Positions 1 through 34,900 of a DNA stretch of 64,000 bases are shown here, one piece after another. Position numbers and translations under genes: made by a program. The notes beneath the pieces are model-generated. The model did not search any database, was not told where the DNA came from, and worked only from the letters and a program-made list of their open reading frames with translations. The stretch covers positions 2,368,001-2,432,000 of the forward strand of contig OY970303.1 of assembly GCA_963716255.1 (NCBI GenBank). The letters run 5' to 3'. This DNA comes from an uncultured Gemmatimonadales bacterium (GTDB lineage: Bacteria; Gemmatimonadota; Gemmatimonadetes; Longimicrobiales; Longimicrobiaceae). The first letter of the stretch is position 1; each line of letters begins with the position of its first letter.

Positions 1-22661
<22,661 letters not shown>

Positions 22662-22695
22662 GTGCGGCAATGGCAATGTTGAAGGATCGCGGACT

Positions 22696-25600
22696 CTACC
22701 GCGCTGCACGGTCCGGGGTCGCCTCGACGTCCGGGTCCTTCTCGGGGTCCAGCTCCAGGTGCTCCGTCATCTGATCGGCGTCGAGGGTGCCGATCAGCCG
22801 GTCCTCCACGATCCTGGTCAGGGCCTCCACCGTGGGCAGCTCGAACATGGCACTCAACGGCACCTCGATGCCCAGCGTCTTCCGCAGCCGTGAGACCACC
22901 TGCGTCGCCAGCAGCGAGTGCCCACCCAGCTCGAAGAAGTTCTCCGTCACTCCCACGCGCTCCAGCCCCAGCAGCTCCGCCCAGATCTCCGCGACCAGCT
23001 CCTCCACCGCCGTACGCGGCGCCACGTATTCCTCTTCGGACGGGCGCTCCGGCGCAGGCAGCGCACGCCTGTCGATCTTGCCGTTGGGCGTCACCGGCAG
23101 CTGCTCCAGCACCACGAACGCTCCGGGTACCATGTACTCCGGCAGCCGCTCCGCCAGGTATGCCCGCAGCCGCGCCAGGTGCCCGCGCAGCTCGGCCGCT
23201 GTGAGCTCCGCCCCCGCCTCGCCCGTCACGTACGCCACCAGCCGCGGCTGCCCCGGAACGTCCTCCCGCAGCAGCACGGTCGCCTCCCTCACCTGCCCAT
23301 GCCCTCGCAGGGTCGCCTCGATCTCCCCCAGCTCCACCCGGTAGCCGCGCACCTTCACCTGGTGGTCCGTCCGCCCCAGGAACTCCACCTCCCCGTCCGC
23401 GCGCCGCCGACCCACGTCCCCCGTCCGGTACAGCCGCGCGCCCGCAACGCCCCGGTGCGGGTCCGGGAGGAAGCGCTCCGCCGTCAGCTCGGGCCTGCCC
23501 AGGTAGCCGCGCGCCATCCCCGCCCCACCGATGTACAGCTCCCCGGCCACCCCCACCGGAACCGGCTCCAGGCCCGCGTCCAGCACGTACAGCTGCGTGT
23601 TCGCCACCGCGCGCCCAATCGGCGGGTCGCCCCCCTCCCACGAGTACGCGCTGGAGGTCATGCGGATCCCCGCCTCCGTCGCCCCGTACCCGTTGAAGAA
23701 GCGACGCCCCGTGCCCCACCGCTTCACCAGCTCCGCCGCCAGCACTTCGCCACCGGTGACGATGGTCTTCAACTCCGGCAGCGCCTCCACCGGCGTGACC
23801 GCCAGCGCCGAGGGCATGATCTTCAGGTGCGTGATCCGCTGCTCCCTCAACACCCGCAGCAGGTCCTCGCCCGGCAGCAGCGCCTCGCGGCGGGCAAGCA
23901 CCAGCTCCGCCCCGTTGCACAGCGCCGTGAAGATGTCGGCCACCGAGGCGTCGAAGAACAGCGGCGCGTACGCCAGGTTCCGCTCGCCGGGAGCGGCGCC
24001 GTAGACGCGGCCCAGCTCCAGAAAGGTGTTGCCCACGCCGCGGTGGTCGCAGAGCACGCCCTTGGGTCGGCCCGTGGACCCCGAGGTGTAGATGACGTAG
24101 GCCAGGTTGTCGGGATGGACGCCGGTGGCTGGCGCCTCCTCGCTCTCCCGCGCGATACGCTCGGCTTCGGCGTCCACCCGGAACAGCGGCACCCCCCAGT
24201 CCTCCAGGCGCTCCGCCAGCGCGGCCTGCGTGAGCAGGAGAAGCGGGGCGGCGTCGCCCAGCACGTAGGCGCGCCGCTCGGCCGGCAGCTCGGGGTCGAG
24301 CGGCAGGTAGACGCCGCCGGCCAGGAGCACCCCCAGCACGGCCACGACCATCTCCGGGGCCGCCTCCATGCAGATGCCCACGCGGACCTCGGGGCCGACG
24401 CCCCGGCGGCGCAGCAGGTTGGCGAGCCGGCACGAGCGCGCGTACAGCTCGGCATAGGTGAGGCCCTGCCCCTGGAAGCGCAGGGCCGGGGCGTCCGGGG
24501 TGCGCAGCACCTGGGCGTGGACGAGCTCGTGGATGCACAGCTCGCCGGTGTAGCCGGTGTCGACCCCGTTCCAGGCGTGCAGCAGTTGCGCGCGCTCGGG
24601 CCCGCGCAGCAGCGGCACCTCGGAGAGGCGACGCCCGGGCGCGGAGACCATGGCTTCCAGCAGCACCTCCAGGTGAGCGGCCATGCGCACCACCGTCTCC
24701 GCCTCGAACAGCCCCGCCCGGTAGGTGAGCGTGCCCCCGAGCCCCTCCTCCGCCTCCGTCATCGTCAGGGTGAGGTCGAACCGGGCGGTCCGCTCGCCTC
24801 CCCCGAACGGCTCCAGCCGCACATCACCCAGCGACAGCGCGTCGCGCATGCTGGAGCGTTCGAGCGCGAAGATCACCTGGAAGAGCGGTGCGTGCGTCGG
24901 GCTGCGGTCCGTGACCAGCTCGTCCACCAGGCGCTCGAAGGGGAGCTCCTGGTGCTCGAACGCTCCCAGGGCCGTCTCCCGCACCTGGTCCAGCAGCTCC
25001 GTCCAGGTGGGGTCGGCGCCCAGGTGGGCCCGCAGGGCGAGCATGTTCACGAAGAAGCCGATCAGCCCCTCGGTTTCGCGGTGGCTGCGGCCCGCGATGG
25101 GGCTGCCGACGACCACGTCGTCCTGCCCCGCATAGCGCCCCAGCAGGCTCTGCCAGCCGGCCAGCAGCGTCATGAACAGCGTCGTCCCCGCGCGCCGAGA
25201 GAGCTCCCGCAGCCCCTGCGACACCCCGGTGGACAGGACGAACCGGTGCGCCCCCGCGCGAGCCTTCCGCCAGGCGCAGCGCGGTCGATCCGTGGGGAGG
25301 GTCAGCAGCGGCGGAGAGCCCTCCAGTTTGTCCCGCCAGAAGCCGAGCTGCTCCTCCAGCACGGCACCACTCATCCACCGGCGCTGCCACACGGCGTAGT
25401 CGGCGTACTGTACCGGCAGCTCCGGCAGCCGCGGCGTCTCTCCGCGGGTGAAGGCCGCGTACAGCGCCGAGACCTCGCGCACCAGCACCTGCATGCTCCA
25501 CGCGTCGCTGACCACGTGGTGCATGGTGAAGCAGAGCACGTGGTCCTCCTTCCCCAGGCGCAGCAGCGTGCCGCGCAGAAGCGGACCCCGCGTCAGGTCG

Positions 25601-25917
25601 AACGGGCGCAGCGATTCCTCGCCCGCGAGCCACCGCGCCGCCGCCTCGCGCTCCGGCGCCGGCAGCTCCCGCAGGTCCACCATGGGCAGTGGCACCGGGG
25701 CGGCCGGGCGAATCACCTGCACGGGCGCACCGTCCTGCTCCGCGAAGACCGTACGCAGCGACTCGTGCCGCCGCACCAGCGCGTCCAGGCTCGCCCGCAG
25801 CGCGGCCGTGTCCAGCCCGCCGTGCAGCCGCAGCGCGGAGAACAGGTTGTAGGCGGGGCTCCGCGGGTCCAGCTGGTCCACCACCCACAGCCGCTGTTGC
25901 CCGAAGGACACGGGAAG
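22696..25917 (-). other. Module M13 (C-A-T plus C-terminal docking tail); A code DAAKVGGIRK, probably an acidic residue
   Basis: A core near-identical to M8/M9. The T domain is followed by an acidic tail (IGTLDADQMTEHLELDPEKDPDVEATPDRAAR*) with no TE. Confidence 0.85.
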
Positions 25918-28900
25918 CGGCCCCTCACGGGAGACCCGCTCGATCGGCGGCCCGGCCACCGCGCCGGTGCTCCGCAGCACCTCGATGCGCCTGGCGAGTC
26001 CGGCGACGGTGGGCGCCTCGAACAGCGCGCGCAGCGGCACCTCCACCCCGAACGCCTGCCGGACCCGCGAGACCACCCGCATCGCGAGCAGCGAGTGCCC
26101 GCCCAGGTCGAAGAAGCTCTCCTCCACGCCCACCCGCTCGGTCCCCAGCAGCTCCGCCCAGATCCCCGCCAGTACCTCCTCGACCACCGTCCACGGCCCC
26201 ACGTAGGCGGCGCTCTGCGGCTCCGGCGCGGGCAGCGCCCGCCGGTCGACCTTTCCGTTGGGGGTAAGCGGAATGCTCTCCAGCACCACGAACGCGCCCG
26301 GCACCATGTGCTCCGGGAGGCGCTCCCGCAGCGCGGCGCGCAGCTCCGCCGCCGTCGACGAAGCTCCTTCCTCGGCCACCACGTAGGCCACCAGGCGCCG
26401 GTCGCCCTGCGGGGCCTCGCGCACCACCGCCACAGCCTCGCGCACCCGCGGCTGCGCCCGCAGCGCCGCCTCGATCTCGCCCAGCTCGATGCGGAAGCCC
26501 CGCACCTTCACCTGCTGGTCCGTCCGCCCCAGGTACTCCAGCCGGCCGTCCGCCCTCCGGCGCACCCGGTCGCCTGTGCGGTACAGGCGCGCACTGCTGC
26601 CCGGCTCGCGCGAGAAGGCGTCCGGGACGAACCGCTCGGCCGTCAGCTCCGGACGGCCCAGGTAGCCCCGCGCCACCCCTTCACCGCCGATGAAAAGCTC
26701 CCCGGGCACGCCCGCCGGCACCGGCTCCAGGCTCCCGTCCAGCAGGTAGAGCCGGGTGTTGGCGATCGGCGCCCCGATCGACACCGCGCCCGCCCCGGGC
26801 TCCACGCGCTCCACGGTGGACCAGATGGTCGTTTCGGTGGGCCCGTACAGGTTCCACAGCTCGCCGGTCACACCGAGCAGCCGGTCCGCCAGCTCCCGCG
26901 GCAGCGCCTCGCCCCCGCACAGCGCCTTCAGCCCCGGCGCCCCCTCCCACCCGGCGTCCAGCAGCATCCGCCAGCTCGCCGGGGTGGCCTGCATGATGGT
27001 GGCCCCGCTCGACTCGATCGCTTCCCGCAGCCGGGCCCCGTCGGAAGCCGTCTCCCGGTCCGCGAGCACCACGCGCGCCCCCGTCGTCAGCGGGAGGAAC
27101 AGCTCCAGCGCGGCGATGTCGAAGGAAAGCGTCGTGACCGCCAGCAGCGTGTCGCCTGCCGTGAGCCCCGGGCGCAGGCGCATGCTGTCCAGGAAGTTGA
27201 CCACGGCGCGGTGCGGGACGACGACGCCCTTGGGGGTGCCGGTGGAGCCGGAGGTGTAGATCACGTACGCCGCGTTCCCCGCGCCCACCGCACCCGGGGG
27301 CGGCGTGGACGGCTCGTCTGCCGCGTCCGCGGCCTCGTCGGTGTCGAGGCACAGCCGGACCCCGGCGAACGGCGGAAGCGCGGCGGCGAGGCGCGACTGC
27401 ACGAGCAGCACGGAGGCGCCCGAGTCGCCGAGCATGTAGGCCAGCCGCTCGGGCGGATAGGAGGGGTCCAGCGGCAGGTAGGCGGCGCCGGCCTTGAGCA
27501 CCGCGAGCAGACCCACCACCATCTCCAGGCCGCGCTCCACGCACAGCCCGACGCGCGCCTCCGGCTTCACGCCGAGGGCCACCAGGCGGTGCGCCAGCCG
27601 GTTGGAGCGACCCTCCAGCTCGGCGTAGGTCAGCGTTCCGCCCCTGGCGACGACCGCCACCGCCTCCGGGGTGCGCGCCGCCTGGTCGGCGACCAGCTCG
27701 TGGACGCAGCGCTCGCGGGGGAAGTCGACGGACGTGGCGTTCCACGCCTCCAGCACCCGCTCGCGCTCGGCCCCACGCAGCAGCGAGGCCTCGGAGGTCC
27801 TCCGCTCGGGAGCCTCCACCATGGCCTCCAGCAGCGCCTCAAGGTGCTCCGCCATGCGCGCGATCGTCCCCGTCTCGAAGAGCGCTTCGCGGTATTCGAG
27901 GGCCGCCCCGAGCGCTCCCGGCCGGTCCGACACCACCAGGCCCAGGTCGTACCTCGCCACTCCCCCCTGGGCCCTGAACGATGCCAGCTCCAGCTCTCCC
28001 AGCGACAGCTGCTCCCGCTCATCCAGCCGGTTCAGCGCGAAGGTCGCCTGGAAGACGGGCGAGTGCGTGAGGCTGCGCTCGATCGCCAGCTCCTCGACCA
28101 GCCGCTCGAAGGGCAGCTCCTGGTGCGCATACGCCCCGAGCGCGCTCCCGCGCACCCGCTCCAGCAGCTCGCCCCAGGTGGGGTCGCCCGAGAGGTCGCC
28201 GCGAAGCGCCAGCATGTTGACGAAGAAGCCGATCAGCCCCTCCGTTTCCGCGCGCGTGCGGCCGGCGATGGGGGTGCCCACCACCACGTCGTCCTGCCCG
28301 GCGTAGCGTCCCAGCAGCGCCTGCCACGCGGCGAGGACGGTCATGAACAGCGTGGCCCCCTCGCGCCGGGAGAGCGCCCGCAGCCCGTCCGACACCCCGG
28401 CAGGCAGGAGGAAGGGAAGGCTCGCCTCGCGCGGGCTCAGCCCCACCCGGCGCGGGTGGTCCAGCGGAATCTCCAGCAGCGGCGGCGCATCCGCCAGCTT
28501 CTCCTTCCAGAAGCCGATCTGCGCCTCCAGCCACTCGCCGCGCAGCCGGTCGCGCTGCCAGACGGCGTAGTCGGCGTACTGCACCGGCAGCTCCGGCAGG
28601 CGCGGCGCCTCGCCCCGGCTGAAGGCGGCGTACAGGGTCGAGACCTCGCGCACCAGCACCTGCATGCTCCAGCCGTCGCTGACCACGTGGTGCAGCGTGA
28701 AGCAGAGCACGTGGTCGTTGTGGCCCAGGCGCAGCAGCGTGCTGCGCAGCAGCGGCCCACGCGCCAGGTCGAAGGGCCGCAGCGCCTCTTCCGCCGCCAG
28801 ACGCTCCGCCTCGACCTCCCGCCCCGCCCGCGGCAGCTCCCCCAGGTCCAGCTCCACCATTTCCACCCCGGCGGCCGGATGGATCACCTGCACGGGTGCG

Positions 28901-31900
28901 CCGTCCTGCTCGGCGAACGTCGTGCGCAGCGTCTCGTGGCGCCGCACCAGCGCGTCCAGGCTCGCCCGCAGCGCGGCCACGTCCAGCGCGCCCCGCAGCC
29001 GCAGCGCAAAGGGCATGTTGTAGGCGGCGCTCCCCGGCTCGATCCGGTCCACCAGCCACAGCCGCTGCTGCGCAAAGGACGGCGGCAGCGGCTCGTCCCG
29101 CGACACCCGCACGATCGGCGGCACCGGCGGGGCGCCCGAGCTGCGCAGCGCGTCGATGCGAGCGGCCAGCCTCGCCACCGTCGGCGCCTCGAAGAGCGCA
29201 CGTAGCGGCACCTCCACCCCGAACGCCTCGCGAAAGCGCGAGACCAGCCGCATCGCCAACAGCGAGTGCCCGCCGAGCGCGAAGAAGTCCTCGCGCACTC
29301 CCACACGCTCCCGGCGCAGCGCCTCCGCCCACATCCCCGCCAGCACCTCCTCGGTCGCCGTCCCCGCCGCCTCGTACTCTGCCTCCCCCGGCGACCCGGG
29401 CGCGGGCAGCGCCCGCCGGTCCACCTTGCCGTTGGGCGTAAGCGGAAGCCTCTCCAGCACCACGAAAGCGCCCGGCACCATGTACTCCGGCAGCCACTCG
29501 CGCGCGTGCTCCCGCAGCTCCTCCGCCGCGACCCCCTCCTCCCACGCGACCACGTAGCCAACCAGGCGCGTCTCGCCCCCGGCCTCCTCCCGCGGCACCA
29601 CCACCGCCTCGCGCACTCCGCGGTGCTCCCGCAGAGCCGCCTCCACCTCCCCCGGCTCGATCCGGAAGCCGCGCACCTTCACCTGCGCGTCCGCCCGCCC
29701 CAGGATCTGCACGGCGCCGTCGGGCCGGTACCGACCCAGGTCGCCCGTGCGGTACATCCGGTCCCCCGGATCGCCGCCCAACGGGCTGGCCACGAAGCGC
29801 TCGCGCGTGCCCGGCTCGTCGTGCAGGTAGCCGCGCGCCAGGTGGGGCGTGCGCACGCAGATCTCCCCCACCTCGCCCACCCCCGCCAGAGCGCCCCCCG
29901 GCCGGAGCACCAGCAGCTGCGCCGCCGCGATGCCGCGCCCCACCGGGAGTACCTCCGGGCCGTGCCACGACCGCGGCACCGGGAAGTACGCGACGGCCTG
30001 CGGTGTCTCCGTGGCCCCGTAGAAGACCACCGACTCCGACCCCGGCGCACGCTCCCGCAGCGCGGCCACGTCGCCGGCGCGCACCTTGTCGCCGCCCCAG
30101 AAGGCGTGGCGCAGCGCGGGAAGCCCGTCCCCACCCCCCTCGCGGAGCAGCTGCCCCATCGCCGGCGTCAGGTGCACCGCGGTGACTGCCTCCTCCGCCA
30201 GCCAGCGGGCCAGGTACCCGGGCGTGCCCATCTCCCGCGCGCCGGGGATGCACAGCGTGGCCCCCAGCGACAGCGGCGTGAACACGTCGCGCAGCAGCGG
30301 GTCGTGCGCCAGCCCCGAGAGCAGCGCGAAGCGGTCATCCTCGCCCAGCCCGAACGCCTCGCGCTGCCACGCCACGAAGTGCGAGAGCGGCCGGTGGGTG
30401 CCCACGATCCCCTTGGGCTCCCCCGTCGTGCCGGAGGTAAACGCCACGTAGGCGACGTCCTCCGGCCCCACGTCCGCGTCCGGCACCGTGGTCGGGTGCT
30501 CGCCCAGGAAGTCTGTCCGCGCCGCGACCGGGAGCGCCGGCAGCTCCAGGCGGGCCGCGCCCGCGTCCGCGAGCCACGCCTCCACCTCGGCCGGGAGCGC
30601 GCCGGCGGACTCCGCCCGCAGCAGGACGCGCGGACGCGCCGCGGCGAGCTGTCGCGCCAGGCGGGCGGGCGGGTAGGCGGGGTCGAGCACCACGAAGGCG
30701 CCGCCGGCCCCGAGCACACCCAGCATCGCCCACACCAGCGCCGCGCCGCGCTCGCCGTGGACCGCCACAGTTTCGCCGCGCCGGAGCCCCTGAGCCAGGA
30801 GCCAGTGCGCCAGCTGGCTGGAGCGCGCCTCCAGCTCGGCGTACGTCCACGTTTCCCCGGCCGCGCGCAGCGCGGTCCGCTCCGGGGCGTGCCGGGCCTG
30901 CGCGGCGAAGAGCGCGTGGACGGGCCCGTGCCACGCCGTCCGCAGCGGGAGCGCGGGGTCGGGCAGCACCGCCAGCGCGGCCGGCGTGCGCAGCGTGTAC
31001 GACGCCAGCGGCCGATCGGGATGCTCCACCACCTGTGCGAAGATCCCGTGGAGCTGCGCCAGCATCTCCGCCATGCGGGCTTCGTCGAAGAGCTCGGCGG
31101 CGTAGACCAGGCTCAGGCCCATCGCCTCGTCCTGGCTCCCCTCGCCCACATACAGCGTGAGGTCGAACTTGGACATCGGCGCCCACTCGCCGAAGCGCTC
31201 GGCGGCGAGCCCCGGGAGCCCGGGGGCGGCCTCCGCGCCGAAGTTCTGCAGGTTGAGCATCACCTGGAACAGCGGCGTGTGGCTGAGCGTGCGGACGGGC
31301 TGCAGCTCCTCCAGGATGCGCTCGAAGGGGAGCTCCTGGTGGGCGTAGGCGCCCAGCGTGGCCTCGCGCACCCGCCCCAGCAGCTCCCGGAAGGTGGGGT
31401 CGCCGGCGAGGTCGGTGCGCAGCGCGAGCGAGTTGAGGAAGAAGCCGATCAGCCCCTCGGTCTCGCGCCGGGTGCGGCCCACGATGGGGGTGCCCACCAC
31501 CACGTCGTCGTGCCCGGCCCAGCGGCCGAGCACGACGGCGAAGCCGGCCAGGAGCGTCATGAAGGTGGTCACGCCCTCGCGCCGGCCCAGGGCGCGCAGC
31601 CCTCCCGCGAGGACCGCGTCCATGCGCAGCGAGCACACGCCCGCGACGTGGGTGGGCTGCGCGGGGCGCGGCCGGTCGGTGGGCAGTTCCAGGAGGGCGG
31701 GCGCGCCGTCCATGTGCTCGCGCCACCAGGCGAGCTGCCGCTCCAGCGTCTCGCCGCTGAGCCACTCGCGCTGCCACAGGGCGAAGTCGGCGTACTGCAC
31801 CGGCAGCTCGGGGAGCGGGGACGCCTCCCCGCGGGAAAAGGCGTCGTAGAGGGCGAAGACCTCGCGCACCAGCACGCCCATGCTCCAGCCGTCGCTGACC

Positions 31901-34900
31901 ACGTGGTGCAGCGTGAGGAGCAGCACGTGGTCGTCGTCATCCAGGCGCAGCAGCGTGCTCCGCAGCAGCGGCCCGCGCGCCAGGTCGAAGGGGAGCCGCG
32001 CCTCCACGGCGGCAAGGCGCACGGCCTCCGCCTCGCGCTCCGCCTCCGGCAGCCCACGCAGGTCCAGTTCCACGAGCGCGGCCGGGGCGGGCGGGTGAAT
32101 CACCTGCACCGGCGCGCCGGCGCGCTCCTCGAAGACCGTGCGCAGCGCCTCGTGGCGCCGCACCAGCTCCGCCAGGCTGAGGCGCAGCGCGATCGCGTCC
32201 AGCGTGCCGCGCAGGCGCGTCGCGCTGGGCATGTTGTAGGCGGCGCTCCCCGGCTCCAGCCGGTCCACCAGCCACAGCCGCTGCTGCGCGAACGACAGCG
32301 GCAGCGGCGCGCCGTCACGCGGGACGGGTACGATCGGTGGCGTCGCCGGACCGGAGCCGTCGCCCCGCAGCGCCTCGATGCGCGCGCCGAGCGCGGCCAC
32401 CGTGGGCGCCTCGAAGAGCGCCCGCAGCGGCACCTCCACCCCGAACGCCTGCCGCGCGCGCGACGCCACCTGCGTGGCCAGCAGCGAGTGGCCCCCCAGC
32501 TCGAAGAAGCTCTCTTCCGCCCCGACGCGCTCCAGGCGCAGCACCTCCGCCCAGATCCCCGCCAGCACCTCCTCGGTCGGCGTGCGCGGCGCCACGTACT
32601 CCGCGCCCTGCTCCGGGGCCGGCAGCGCCCGCCGGTCCACCTTGCCGTTGGGGGAGAGCGGAATGCTCTCCAGCGCGACGAAGGCGCCCGGAACCATGTA
32701 GTCCGGCAGCCGCTCCGCCAGGCGCGCCCGCAGCTCCGCGGCGGCGAGCTCCACTCCCGCCCGCGGGACCACGTAGGCGGCGAGCCGCTTCTGCCCCGGC
32801 GTGTCCTCGCGCACCACGACCACGGCCTCGTGCACCCCCTCCTGCTCCAGCAGCACCGCCTCGATCTCCCCCGGCTCGATGCGGAAGCCGCGGATCTTGA
32901 CCTGCTGGTCGATGCGCCCCAGGAACTCCAGCTCCCCGTCCGCCCTGCGGCGCACCCGGTCGCCCGTGCGGTACAGGCGCGCGCCGGGACCGGTGCCGAA
33001 CGAGTCCGGCACGAACTGCGTCGCCGTCGCGTCCGGGCGTCCCAGGTAGCCGCGCGCCACCCCGGCGCCCGCCAGGCACAGCTCGCCCGGCACCCCGGCG
33101 GGCAGCAGGTTCCCCGCCGCGTCCAGCACGTGCATCCCCACGCCCGGCAGCGGCCGCCCCACCATCTGCCAGTCGTAGCTCGTCCCGCGCTGAAGCGGCG
33201 TGGCCGAGCTGATCATGGTGTTCTCGGTGGGGCCGTACATCGCCCACACCCGCGCCGCCGGGAAGGCCGCGCGCGTCTGCTCCAGCAGGTCGGGCGCGAT
33301 GGCGTCGCCGCCGATGAACACCCCGCGCATGCGCGGCAGCGTCCCCGGGCCGGCCTGCACGCGCGCCACCACCTCGCGCATCAGTGCGGGCACCGCGTGC
33401 ACTCCGTCGACCGTGGCCAGCTCCTCCACCAGGCGCTCCGTGTCGCGCACCGTCTCCTGCGGGAGAAGCCGCACCTGGCCGCCGGCCAGCAGTGGCGCGA
33501 ACACCTCGAAACCCCAGATGTCGAAGGCATAGCTGGCCATCCCCGGGAACACGTCTCCCGCGGCGAACCCGTAGGTGTCGCGCGTGGCGAGCAGCGTGCT
33601 CACCAGGCTGGCGTGCTCCACCACCACGCCCTTGGGCCTGCCGGTGGAGCCGGAGGTGTAGATGACGTACGCCGCGCTGCGGACGCCGGCGCCGCTCTCC
33701 GGCGCCTCCTCGGGCTCGGCGGCGATGTCCTGGCGGTCCGCGTCCAGGCGGACGAGCCCGCCCCTGAAGGCGGGGAGCGCGTCCGCCAGCCGGCCCCGCG
33801 AGACCAGCAGCGCCGCGCCGGAGTCGGCCAGCGTGTAGGCCAGGCGGTCGGCCGGGTGGTCCGGGTCCAGCGGCACGTACGCCCCGCCCGCCTTGAGCAC
33901 GCCGAGCACGCTCACCACCATCTCCAGCGAGCGCTCCAGGCAGATGGCCACCCGCACTTCCGGCCCCACCCCGCGGCGGCGGAGGTGGTGGGCCAGCCGG
34001 TTGGCGGCGCTCTCCAGCCCGGCGTACGCGAGCGACTCGCCGCCGAAGGCGACCGCCGGCGCTCCAGGAGTTCGCCCGGCCTGCGCCGCGATCATCTCAT
34101 GCACGCACGCCGTCGGCAGCCCCAGCGGCTCCGCGGTCGAGCCGGCCAGCAGCTGCGCCCGCTCGCCGTCGCGCAGCAGCGACAGCTGCGACAGGTGCCG
34201 CCGCGGGTCGGCGGCCATCGCCTCCAGCACCGTCTCCAGGTGCCCCGCCAGGCGCGCCATGGTGGCGGCGTCGAAGAGGCCGGAGCGGAACACGAGCGCG
34301 CCGGCCAGCGCCTCGCCCGCCTCGTCGAGCACCAGGTCCAGGTCGAACTTGGCGGTGCTCCCGCCCGCGCCGAACGGCGCCATCTCCACGTCGCCCAGGC
34401 GCAGCTGGTCGCCCTCCGCGCCGGCACGGTGCAGCACGAAGACCGCCTGCACCAGCGGCGCGTGCGTCAGCGAGCGCTCCACGTCCAGCTCCTCCACCAG
34501 GCGCTCGAAGGGGAGGTCCTGGTGGTCGTAGGCGCCCAGTGCCGTCTCTCGGACGCGCGCCAGCAGCTCGCTCCAGGCGGGGTCCCCGCCCAGCTCCGTC
34601 CGCAGCACGAGCAGGTTGACGAAGAAGCCAATCAGCCCCTCGATCTCGCGGCGGCTCCGCCCCGCGACGGGGCTCCCCACCAGCACGTCGTCCTGCCCCG
34701 CGTAGCGGCCTAGCAGCACCTGCCAGCCGGCGAGCACGGTCATGAACAGCGTGGCCCCTTCACGCTGCGAGAGCGCCCTCAGCCCCTGCGACACCCCCGG
34801 CGAGAGGGCGAAGGCGTGGCTCGCCGTGGCGGGGCTCTGCCCCAGCCCGCGCGGGCGGTCCGTGGGGATCTCCAGCAGCGGGGGGGCGCCCCGCAGCTTG

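Noticed and set aside
22918..34713. Very long plus-strand ORFs (22918..29205, 29266..34713; also 27..3404, 43123..47475, 50332..54795)
   Set aside because: They are antisense shadows of the GC-rich NRPS frame. They repeat with the module period, are rich in Arg/Pro/His/Gln, and contain no recognisable domain.
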